Origin: Adineta vaga
Taxonomy: Eukaryota; Animalia; Rotifera
Direction of reading: 5' to 3'
Assembly (NCBI GenBank): GCA_021613535.1
Contig: CP075492.1
Location: 9,362,001-9,426,000 of the forward strand
DNA length: 64,000 nt
Below are positions 11,195 to 22,823 of the stretch, in pieces (the first letter of the stretch is position 1; each line of letters opens with the position of its first letter). The position numbers and the translations under genes are program-made. The notes below the pieces were generated by a model. That model searched no databases. It worked only from the letters and a program-made list of their open reading frames with translations, and was not told the DNA's origin.

Positions 11195-12781
11195 ATGGTA
11201 TGGAAGTGTATTGTTTGTAAGAGAGGGCGACATGCATATAGAATTTGTGCAAACAAATGGAAATGCGATTGCAAGTGTACTATTGGTAGTAGAGCTGATG
11301 TTACACAAAAAAGTCTAGCTATTGGTAGTGGATTTGGTTTAATAATTGCTGGCATAGCATTAACAGTATGCACTGGTGGAATAGGAGCAGTACTAGTTGG
11401 TGGAGCACTAATAGGTGCTGGTGTTAGTGCTACTTGGAATGGTGCTGAAAAAGCAATAAAAAAAGAAAGAATCGACGGGACAACATTTGCTGTTGATGCT
11501 GTCTTTGGCGCAATCACAGGTGCTGTTACTGGTGGAGTAGGTGCTGCAGGTGAAACAATTAGTGCAAATATTGTCAAACAAGGTGCGAAAGAAGTGACAA
11601 AAGTTGGTGTCAAGAAATTTGCTATACGATTATGTACTGGTGCCTTCAGCGGACTTACGACCAAATTCATAGATGAAATTAAACAATGTTTAACAACGAA
11701 TAAAGAGTGGTCGAACTTTGGGAAGAGTTATGATAAAGACGGTGATCCAAATGGATCAGCAGCTGCATGGTTTACAAGTGCCATTGCTGGTGCATTTGGT
11801 GGTGTTGGAAGTCATATTGGTTCTAATTTAAGTGAAAAAATGTCTTCGAATTTTGGTAAAAGTTTAGTACGTATGATTCTAAGTGGAACAACTTCAGCAG
11901 TAAGTGATGCATCGATTCAAGGAGTTAATTGTGCAATGAGAAATCAAGATGAATATGATTTCAAACGAACTGCTACATGTTTTACATCAAGTGCAATCAT
12001 GGCAGGAGTTCAAGAAGCAACAAAAAATTTCATTTATCATCTGTCTGGTGGAAAAAATGATATGTTAAACGATAGAACAAATAGAAAACTAATTAATGAT
12101 GAAGTTCCCAAAGAAGATAAACAAGCCGTACTTGAAGCTTATGAAAATTTAAAAAATATTCCTCAATCAAAATTAGATGAAGAATCAGCAAAAGCATTTA
12201 CAATTACGAATTATCAGGTTCGCAAGGATCATCATCAATCCGTAATTGAAAATTATGACAAGAAAATTCAAGTGGAATCAACTCTAAAACGTACTGCAAT
12301 TGATACGAAAGATTATTCTGCAGCAGATAAGCATACAAAAACTATAGAGAATTTGGTAATAGAAAAAAAGGTTGAAATCAAAAATTTTCAAGATAATAAA
12401 CCAATGTTTCAAAAAAGTGATATTGAGCATTTGACCAAGCACAATGTTCATTGTCTTACTGGAGATAAGGTTGGACAAGTAGCTAGTGATGTTAGACCAA
12501 CTGCCAATGCACCACGAGGAAAAGAGAGAGTTACTTTTAATAATAATATTAATGAAAACGGACAAAGTGAATTCGAATTTGCTGGTTTCAATAAAAAACA
12601 TGAATTCAACAAAATGGCTGGACCTAGTGAAACAAAGCAACGCTTTACGACAACTCGAACTACTCATGAAGATACATTAAAAATAAACAATCAAACAACA
12701 AGTACTGTAATACGTAACGGAGTGGAAACATTCACGTGTAGAAAAGAGAAAAAGAAAAAAGAAAAAATGCATGTATTTTAA
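11195..12781 (+). CDS. Intronless 528-aa polymorphic-toxin-like protein: Cys/His N-terminus, Gly/Ala-rich hydrophobic helices, putative HigB/RelE-like C-terminal domain
   Basis: Long uninterrupted ORF. CxxC..H..C..CxCxC N-terminus, glycine-zipper segments (GLIIAGIALTVCTGGIGAVLVGGALIGAG; FGAITGAVTGGVGAAG) and a HNVHCLTGDKVGQ...RGKERVTF...KHEF motif. The ORF is clear; the product call is inferred. Confidence 0.6.
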   Translation: MVWKCIVCKRGRHAYRICANKWKCDCKCTIGSRADVTQKSLAIGSGFGLIIAGIALTVCTGGIGAVLVGGALIGAGVSATWNGAEKAIKKERIDGTTFAVDAVFGAITGAVTGGVGAAGETISANIVKQGAKEVTKVGVKKFAIRLCTGAFSGLTTKFIDEIKQCLTTNKEWSNFGKSYDKDGDPNGSAAAWFTSAIAGAFGGVGSHIGSNLSEKMSSNFGKSLVRMILSGTTSAVSDASIQGVNCAMRNQDEYDFKRTATCFTSSAIMAGVQEATKNFIYHLSGGKNDMLNDRTNRKLINDEVPKEDKQAVLEAYENLKNIPQSKLDEESAKAFTITNYQVRKDHHQSVIENYDKKIQVESTLKRTAIDTKDYSAADKHTKTIENLVIEKKVEIKNFQDNKPMFQKSDIEHLTKHNVHCLTGDKVGQVASDVRPTANAPRGKERVTFNNNINENGQSEFEFAGFNKKHEFNKMAGPSETKQRFTTTRTTHEDTLKINNQTTSTVIRNGVETFTCRKEKKKKEKMHVF

Positions 12782-12884
12782 TGATTTTGTTTGCATCAGT
12801 AAAATAGTTTATTATTTGAATGAACATTTATTTTTTCTTATTTAATCAATAATTTAAAGACACAAGAAAACAAAAATGTTCTTA

Positions 12885-13582
12885 TTACTCAGGTATTAAG
12901 TCTTCTTCACACACCCATGCAGTATAATCCGATGGATGACCAGTAAAATTAACTTTATAATAGATTTTTCCATTTCGTTCTTCCATTTCTAAAACTTCAT
13001 TGACAGTTTCAATTTCATCATCATTTGTAATACCTCTTTCATTCCATGTTCGTTTCAGTTCATTTTCGAAATGATCAAATGATTGAGTTTGATTACTTTC
13101 ATGAAACGAGCTTGAACCAAATATTGTCGGTGTTGATTCTTGATTTTTAATATCTTTACCAATTGGATGAATATTTCCAAATGAAGCTATTTGATTTGAT
13201 GTTAAACCCATTTGAATAGGTGCTGTTGAGAAATTCAAATGTTGATCTAATTTTGGATAATTCGTCGAAGGATTGTTTGAAATTGTTTTTAATGGAATTT
13301 GATATGAACGTTTAGTTTTTACGAGATGAATTATAATAAATATAAGACATAATGTAATCATGAAAAAAATCAGACAAATAATTGCTAAAATAATCAAAGA
13401 ATTTTGAAGATTGAAAAATGTCTATAAGAAATACTGATTTTGTTGAGTTCTATTTTAAACTTTAGAACAATTACTTTAACGTTATTCCACATATCTTCAT
13501 TATTAATTGATGTTGTTGCTGATAATGTAGTGAGATTGATAATATCATCATCTGTTATATTTGACATGTATACTGAAGGCAT
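12885..13582 (-). CDS. Single-pass membrane protein with a C-terminal chromodomain-like module, 2 exons (13582-13475, 13421-12885)
   Basis: A phase-0 53-nt GT-AG intron joins ORFs 13394..13582 and 12885..13397. TM segment LIILAIICLIFFMITLCLIFIII is followed by KTKR. The C-terminus ETVNEVLEMEERNGKIYYKVNFTGHPSDYTAWVCEEDL fits the chromodomain pattern. Confidence 0.7.
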
Positions 13583-14022
13583 TGACTGTTAATTGTTCAC
13601 ACACTATCATTAACAATGGCGCGAAGTATCTAGTAAATTAGATTCTATGTTTGATTCAAACACATAGTATCAGATCCTAGCGACCTCTATATTTACTCTT
13701 ATCGAATTAAAACAAACAAGAAATGATTAAAATTATTCATAATAAAATCAATAATTCTATTCGAAAAAAAATTCATGATTTCCTCATTTCAATAATAGAG
13801 TTTAAATATAGTTAATCATGGCTCTCGTGTCTTGATTGGCTGAAATATAGATTACCTTTACTATAAGAAATTTTCCGTTCTTTCCAATTGAACTTCTTCT
13901 TCTTCTTATGTGTTATTTTTTCAATTGACTCATTATACTGGCAACAAACTGTCAAATAGAAAATTAAAAGAAAAATTGATAAAAAACATTGAAGTGTTTT
14001 TCTTTCAGATTCGAATGAACTT

Positions 14023-16902
14023 ATGGCTGATATAAGTAAAATGATCACGTCATCGACAATAATTGATGAAATAAAGGTAATTTTAATCTTTTTTCTATTT
14101 TTAGTAAAAGAAAAATGTAGGACATTTATATGTATATATATATTTAGAATAATACTAATGATTTGAATAATAATAATGATAAACTAGATGATAATGATGA
14201 TCAACATGTAAAATCGAAGATAATTAAATGTAAAACAAATAATCAACAAAGTCAAATATCTTCTTATAATGTTTTAACATCCAATGGTTCTTCATCAACA
14301 ACTATTCGATCAATTGATGTTCCAAATGAACATGCATCAATAAAATTACATATTCGACGTGTTTGTTCGCCATCATCATCAACGGAAACATTGTCTATAC
14401 ATCCGACAACAAATCTTTTATATCAATCTCAACAAACGAGTGAAACTATTGAACCATCTACACCTAAAATTATACCTCGACAATTTTTTAATACAAATTC
14501 TGATTTAAATTCAAAATCTGCTACAACAAATACAAGTTCACGTCGAATAATTTCAACTCGACGAACATCGCTAATTGAAAGTGATCTATCCCATATAACT
14601 TCATCCATGTATGAACTTCCAAAACCAATCATTCATAATCAAAGTAGTATCTATGATGAAAATACATTGAAAAAACAAACAACTAAAACAAATGGATATA
14701 AACGAAAGTCTCTAAATGAACAACAACAAGAAAAGAAACGTCAGAAATTAACAACGAAAACTATTAAACAACAAACGAATAATCTAAGTATGTCATTAGA
14801 AGAAAAAGGATCCTTGATAAAGAAAACCACTGCATTTCATTCGTCTTTGAAGAGAATAGAACGATGACAGGAGTAAGGATATTTGAGTCATAGTGAGTGA
14901 TTCTATTGTTATCTATAGCAAAACCAAAAGCATGTCCTCTAATGTCACTCAAATTTTGAAATTCTTATATATTTGTAGAATCACCGAATACACTTGTTCA
15001 AATTCGTTCTTCTTCTCGTTTAAAACAAAAACATCAACCAATAAATGATCATCATTTTTCTACGAGTAAACGTCGTTTAAGTACTGAAATACTGACACCT
15101 TCCACATCCGATTTATCGACGTCTACTGATGATATTTCTCATAATGAATATAAATATCTCTACGCATTACCAACTAAATCGCAAACAACCAGTGAATGTC
15201 AAACAACCGATGATATTATTGAAATATTTCATCAATCGATTCAAACAAATTGTTTAATTAAATCGGATAAATCAACCTATACAGATTTTCTTGATCAAGC
15301 GCTATGTGAAAATAGTACTCAGACAATTCAAAAAGATGAACAAGAAACCCAAACAACTGATCTTAATTATCCAAATGATTCTCAAGTTTATCTTTGCCAA
15401 ACAACGACCAGTCAAACACAATGTGATGGAATACCAACAAGAATTATTTCTCCATTACCAATAACATCACCTGTGCTAACAAGTTCATCGCTTGATCAAC
15501 GATTAACATCACCCTATATTGATTTATCATTAACAAATAGTAATAATGATCGTTCACAATTATTTCAAAGTTTAATTCATACAGAAGAACATCCAAATGG
15601 TGGTGCAAGTTTAATTCGAGCATATTATAATGAATTTGTACGTTTATCTGCAGAAAATGCAAATTTATTTGTTAATTATTTTTTTAATACTGTCTATGGT
15701 GAAGTTAATCAACGTGCTAATTATGCTATTGGTGTTTTACATGATGGAGCAAGATATTTACCCGATCTTGTCGATTATTTTAGTTTAACATATCCGAAAA
15801 TGATTGTTAAAACAACAAATATTCTTAATTCGAAAGAAGTTATCACTACTACAATGGGAGAATATCGAAATCGAGTGGTTCAAACCTATGCAAATGGAAC
15901 ATTTCGATACGGACCATTGATGAGTATTTCATTAGTTGGAAAAGTTTCAGGAAAAGAAGAATGTGGTAAGTAAATGAATAGTGAAGATAAGAACGAATGA
16001 ATGATGTTTTGATTTTTAGGTGATTATTTCCCAACATTTCTCGATAAACTTGAAGAAAATCCATTTCTCCAATCAGTTATGCCATGGGGAACATTAGCAG
16101 CATCACAAATGAAATCCCGAACCGATTCGAATGATGGACCTATTCTATGGGTTCGACCTGGCGAACAATATGTTCCTACAGCTGAACATAAAAGTTGTCA
16201 TCCAAAAAAACGTATGGCTAATGAACTACGTAATTTAACATTTGCTGGACGTGGAACTGATCCACGTGAAGTCCTCGTCGAAGATCGTACAAAACCCCAT
16301 AGTGATCATTGTGATAGTGATGGCCTAGAAACAACAGCTGCTGTTGGTATTCTAAAAGCTGTCCATGTTGGTACTCCGTATGTATCAATAATCTATGATT
16401 TTTTCGAAATAAGAACTTTTATCTTCTTCTAAGATCGTCGGTAAACCGAATGGTTAAAGATGTTGTTTGTTTTCATGCTGATGACTTTGAAAAAGTTGTT
16501 GAACGCTTGAAAATTGATGTATATGAACCACCTGTATCTCAAGTAAGTTGAATCAAAATCTTTCAATCGTCACTCAAGAACATTCTCATCCTTATTCAGT
16601 GTTTGCAATGGTGTGATGAAGGGAAACTCAATCAATTACGTCGTGAAGGCATTCGATATGTTCGCCTATCGTTATATGATAATGTAACTTTCCTTTTGAT
16701 TATTTCATTCTTTTCTTTGTCTAATTGAACTATTTTTCTTCATTAGGATATTTATTTCATTCCACGAAATGTTGTTCATCAATTTCGTACATTATCATCT
16801 GTCACATCAATTGCCTGGCATGTACGACTTAAAAAGTATTATCCAACTGAACTACCTGATGATGAGTACACTCCTTTATACAGTCCAATTTCTGATACAT
16901 AA
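14023..16902 (+). CDS. RSBN1L: RSBN1/RSBN1L-family lysine demethylase (KDM9-like), multi-exon
   Basis: [123 protein letters not shown]. Start codon inferred (MADISK at 14023). Confidence 0.92.
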
Positions 16903-17218
16903 ACAAAAGAAATCTCATTTTGTATATAAAAAAAATCTTTTTTCCTTCTGTGTGTGTGTGTCTCTGTTGAGCAATAACAAACGTTTATTCTCTTCCTTTT
17001 TGCATGTGTATGTAATTGTTGTCTGCTTTGTCTGTTTTTCTTTCAAAAACTATTTATTGTTGTTTTTTTTTGTTGATGTTGTTATTACTGTTGTTTGTTG
17101 TTTTTCTTTTGACAAATGAGATTGAGATATACGTATACATATACATATATATACAGAAACAAAGAGAACAAATTTGTTTTTTGTTTTATCTCGTCATGAA
17201 AAGCAATTTTTAGATATA

Positions 17219-20200
17219 ATGCCAAATGAACGACATCGAATTAATTTACTACGGTAAGTTGAATCAACAATCTCTAAACAAAAGACTACAATCATATAGA
17301 AGTATTATATATATTGATTGTTTGTATTTAGAGAGAAATTAAAATTTCAATTAAGAAAAATCATTCATATGATTTTCTTCATACATTTCTTTTCTTCTGT
17401 TTTAGAATGGATGTCGATAGTGTATTGAAACCATTGGACGATGAACAGAAATATCTACGTAAGTCTCCATAATAATCTGTACGGAAATGTTTCAATACGA
17501 AAGTTTATTCTTTTTAGAACAACTTCGTCAATCTTCAACTGTTGAACCGATTCTTCTTCATTTATTTAATTTATTGGAGATTGAAGATTATCGTGTCTTA
17601 TTTTATTCGATTAATCTTCGAACAGTTGATTGTCAATGGCTTCAAACTTTTGGTAAATTATGTCTAAAACGATACTTTGAATTAGATGATATGTCGTTCT
17701 TTAAAACATCTCATTTCACTTCATTCAATAAAAATGATACGAAATCGATTCTGGAAAATTATACGAATTTTTTAATTGAAAATTTAAAGCAACGTTTTAC
17801 TATAAATTATTTCCGTGCAATTATGTTTGAAATTGAAGAATTAAATCGTTTTAAATTTGATCAAGTATCGAAACAATTAAATGAAAATAATCATATTATC
17901 AATGAACTTTTTCTTTTATTTAATCATGAAATTGATGAAAAAGATGATAGTATTATTCATTTAAGTTCAACACCAGCTCCACCAATTCATCGACCAATAT
18001 ATATTAATTACAAACCAATACATATGGTTTATTTACGTGAAAATCTTCTTATTAAAAATGATCTTGATACACGTTTACCATTGAAAGGTATTACCAATGC
18101 ATTCGTTGCAGATTTAATTAATACGAAACATATTAATATACTCGATGAAGTTACGGGAAAAACACATGATATTCCAACGAAATGGTTATATTTTTCCAAA
18201 CCATGTGAAAATAATGTAATTCTACCATTGAAATTACGTGTTCTAATTATTGATTCTCAAACTGGACGTCGTCGTTATGGTTTAATTGGAGAAGAACCTG
18301 GCAAGAATAATGATTACCGTTGTTTAGTATTTTTTACTGATGATTCAACAAATATGTCAGCAAATTATCATCCATCATCTCATATTCATATATGTCTTGA
18401 TCAAACATTTTCTATTCATACGCAAGAATGTAAAAATGAATTTCTCGATCGATATTTTGCTTCATATCCAGAGCGAATGATGTTACGTGCTAAAGAAGGT
18501 TCAATTGTTAAAGTTCGAAATATTTTTACAAATTTTCATAATAATTCATTCGTACCAGCACTTGTCATTCAAATCGATGGATCAATGATGCAAATCGAAT
18601 TAAGTCATAGTAAACAACGTAAATGGCTTTATCGTGGTTCACCATTACTTGATCAAATGCATAATTATTATTCAACACAAAATAAAGCAACGATCAATGG
18701 TTTTGCTCGACGAACAGCAAGACAACATTTATCTGCACGAAGAACGAATGCACCAGAAATTATCTGTTTAAATGATCAAACAACGACTCCAACAACACCA
18801 TCAACATCCACAGAATCAACCGTTTCTAATAAATCAAAATTGACTCGAACAGCTGAACAAGTAATCGATGGAACTGATGATACTAGTTAGTATAGATATC
18901 TTGTTTGACAATTTATATTCATATGATTTCATTTAGAATCACTTAAACGACCTCGATTATCTCATGAACAAGATATTCGTAAGTCATCTTCACTTCAGTC
19001 AACTACTTCGAATCAATCGAATATACGATCACTTCGTCCACGTCAGACAAATAGTAGTACGCCAAGTACTGTACCATCTCCATCCACTCCATCTAATGAA
19101 CAATCGCCGTCAATGAATCTGCATCGTCAATCTTCTTCTTCTTCATCATCCAATCATGGTACTACATCTATACAATTACGTTCGAATCATGTATGTTTTG
19201 TTTTTTGTTAAACTATATTCCTATCGATTGTTTCTTCTATAGTCAAATTCAGTTTCAAAGATCGTGCTCAATCCATTATTTGTTGAATTAACCGAAAAAT
19301 TTCTTCTTCATTATTCTTATGAATTTCATCCACATAATTGTTCTCATAAATGTGTTGTTTATGCTGAGAAAAACTTTCATCAATTACCACGAACAATGAA
19401 TCCATTCTTAAAACCATTTGCTTGCCATTGGACAATGCTTGACAATGTTCGAGTGAGAAAAGCGGGTGATGTTCGTCTTAAATTAGCACGTTCGACATTT
19501 ATCTATTGTTCACCATGTATGTTAATTGAAAAGAGAAAAAAACGAAAAAGTTTTATTTCATTATACTCTTATTTTACTTTTAGGCGGTCGAAAACTTGTT
19601 AGTCAAGGTCAACTAGATAATTATCTTCATGAAACAAAATCGAAATTAACTATTGAATTATTTGTACTCGATGGTAGAGCAAATTTAAAACAACATTATT
19701 TTCCAGATGGAAAAATCTTAAATTCAGATATATCGAATGGACAAGAAAATATTCCAATTTCAGTTGTAAATGAAGTCGATAAAGAGCCAGGAAAAATTGA
19801 AGAACCAAGTGCATTTACATATCGAGTCGAACGAACACCAGTCACAGGTGTTAATATGGTTATTAATGAACCAACAATGACATGTTGTACATGTACAGAT
19901 GGATGTCGAAATCGAGCAAAATGTGCATGTGAGATAAATTTATTGTATGAATTTATTCGATGACTTTTGTTTTTGCTAATAGGTTGGTTACGTACATTGA
20001 AATATGCCGAATTAATTGGTGATGAACAAGTAAAAGCTATGAAAGCCAAACATAAAAGTCAAACAGAAATACTCAATCAACTTGGCTATCGTTTTCGACG
20101 TTTAAATAAAAATGTTCCAGGTGGAATCTATGAATGTAATAGTCGATGTTCATGTAATACATATACATGTTCAAATCGTGTTGTTCAGAATGGTATTATT

Positions 20201-21173
20201 GCTCAACTTCAGGTAGGAATGATCAATAAATAGTTTGTTTTATTAACGATTGCTTTGCTTTTTAAAAAAGTTATTTAAAACTGTTGGACGTGGTTGGGGT
20301 GTACGTACTTTACATGATCTTCCAGTAGGAACATTTATTAGTGTTTACTCAGGTGAAATATTCACTAGTGAACAAGCAGATGAAAGAGGAAAACTACTCG
20401 GTGATGAATATCAAGCAGATTTGGATTTTTTCGAAGTATGTAAATATGCAACAGAGAACGTTCAAATATGATCAATTTCTATTCTTTTTTCAAAGAATAT
20501 TAACAATGATTCTGAAGAAGAACCAACTGTAAGTAATCTTGAAGTAGATGATGAAGAAGTTGATGGAGATGATACCTCACCGTCCAGCACTGAATCAAGT
20601 AATTATGAAGTTATTTTCTCTGGTTACGAGAAAGATTGTTTATTTCATTTGATTAGTTAACACTCGTCTCCGAAATGCTAACCTTCAATCTCGTGCACGT
20701 GAATTACTCAATAAAAAAGATGCTAAAAAATCGTCGAAATCCGCTTCTGATGATAATGATAATTCCACATTGAATCGTACTTTATTACCTGATTATGATG
20801 GTGTTGTGTACACACTCGATGCGAAATTAATTGGTAATATTGGCCGATATTTTAATCATTCTTGTTCACCAAATATAGCCGTACAAAACGTTTTTGTTGA
20901 TGTGAATAATTTGATCAAAATTCTTTGTTTTTAACTAATTCTATTTCTTCAATAGACACATGACATACATTTTCCGTGGATTGGTTTTTTTGCAACAAAA
21001 ACCATTCGATCGGGTGCTGAATTATGGTATAAAAATTTGAAAAGAAATTCGTCTTTTTTGTTTACGTTTGTTTTTTGTTTAGTTGGGATTATAATTATAC
21101 AGTAGGCGAAATCGCCGGTCGTCGTATGGATTGTAATTGTGGTTCTGCTGAATGCCGTCGCCGAGTTCTCTAG
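17219..21173 (+). CDS. SETDB1: Histone H3K9 methyltransferase SETDB1/eggless (Tudor, MBD, pre-SET, split SET, post-SET)
   Basis: Tudor-region [16 protein letters not shown] and WLYRGSP; MBD-like IYCSPCGRKL...YL; pre-[33 protein letters not shown]; [21 protein letters not shown] and [14 protein letters not shown]; ELCWDYNY; post-[16 protein letters not shown] with TAG at 21171-21173. Confidence 0.95.
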
Positions 21174-21364
21174 TCTTTAATGCTAATAAACGAAAAACAA
21201 ACAAAAAAAAAGATTTCGTAGAATAGTGCTTTTTTGTTTATTTCTGTGTCTTTGTTAATAACATTTTGTTTTTTTTTTGACAACGAGAAAAACATCACGA
21301 AAATATTTCAATTTAAATACATATGTGATCATCATTCCATTTTGTGCTTTGTAGATTTAATTGA

Positions 21365-22534
21365 ATGGATTTATCAAAGGGTAAAATGATTTTTTTTAGT
21401 TCTTGATACGAAGAAATCATATGTGAACACTTCTATATCTATAGAAAGTCTATTGAATTTAAATTGGAGTGATTTATCTTGGTTTCAACATTTCAATACT
21501 GTATTAAGTGAAGAAACAGCATTAGCATACTTTTGTCAAGTAGGAAATCCATTCTATGATCGATCGAGTTTGAATGAACAAATTTATATGAATAATCTTC
21601 CAGCTGAAGCAATGGTACAATAAAATAAATGTTCTTGAATGAAAACGGTTTTTTTCCTATTAGATAAATGCTAGTGGTATTGAATATGCACTTATTCATC
21701 GTCAAGATCCAATTTTATTTATTATTCGAAAACATTATCGGGAGGGCCCGAATGAATGTAAGTCAGCATTATATACCTTCATCCTCATCATCATGGTTTA
21801 ATGTGCTAAAATAAAATCTTATTCTAGTAAGACCACTTCAAGAATATTACATCGTTGCACCTGGACATATCTATCAAGCTCCTGATGCAGCATCTGTCAT
21901 AAGTCATCGATTGGTAAAAAATGCTGTCTATTCGATTCTTACAGATTTATTTTCACTTATAGTTAACCGCAGTTCATCATTTCAGTAAAGCATTCGATGA
22001 AGGTAGTTTGATTGCTATTTGAAAAGAGTATACCTATATTTATATGTATTCAATCTAGCATCACAAAAAGCGGCTTATCATCCTTCGTCAGGTTACTATT
22101 GGAAAACAAATAGTTCATCTGGTTTGTTGCCCTAAGATTGTGTTCGATTTCTCTTAATATCTACGTATGTATTTATATAGATGATTTAGCAAAGAAAGAT
22201 TCATCGAAAGAGAAAATCCTAACACATACACAACGTTTACGTTTCGAAACAATCTTTCCTAATTTCCATGATCATTTTCGACCACGTGCACCAGCCGGAA
22301 CAACAGCACAAACTACACTTCCTTCAACCACTACGAATAATGATACAACAGCAACGAGTAATGGTGGCAGTGGAGATAATAATCTTCCACGTATGTATTT
22401 TTTATTAGAAGAATTTTAATTTTGAAAACTTTTGATGAATTCTAGGAAAAGAAGAACGTACACCGTCCGATTCTCAATCGACTACCAGTGAACGACCAAT
22501 GATGGAAGTGAAAAAGCAAAAAACTCAAAAATAG
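21365..22534 (+). CDS. MED6: Mediator of RNA polymerase II transcription subunit 6, multi-exon
   Basis: LNWSD..W, ALAYF..NPFYDRSSLNE, GIEYALIHRQDPILFIIRK, YYIVAPGHIYQAPD..SVI..RL, AYHPSSGYYW. Confidence 0.9.
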
Positions 22535-22823
22535 ACTTCTCTTCTTCTTCTTTTTTGTACTATTGTATATGATTTGTTGAAAGTAAATATATAAAACATC
22601 ATTTTTGGTTATTTTTATTTTTTGATTAACAAAAGTAGTTATGAATACGAAATAACTCGAACATCAGAAGGAAATGCATCTGAAAATTTGATAAAAACAG
22701 TATATCTTAACAGATTTCGATATCTCGATCTAATGATGACGATTGTATTAATCATCTAGACTTTATCTGAATTCGAACGAATATTCTCTCACATTTTATT
22801 CTAGACCGATCTTTTTCTTCTAA

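Noticed and set aside
11146-11670. 174-aa antisense ORF overlapping the toxin-like gene as a possible antitoxin
   Set aside because: It is the mirror of Gly/Ala codons on the sense strand (Pro/Ala/Thr-rich), with no independent coding signal.
14788-14978. Unusually long (191 nt) RSBN1L intron with an internal GTAAGG, possible snoRNA or poison exon
   Set aside because: No convincing C/D or H/ACA boxes, and the candidate mini-exons have weak acceptors; unsupported without RNA data.
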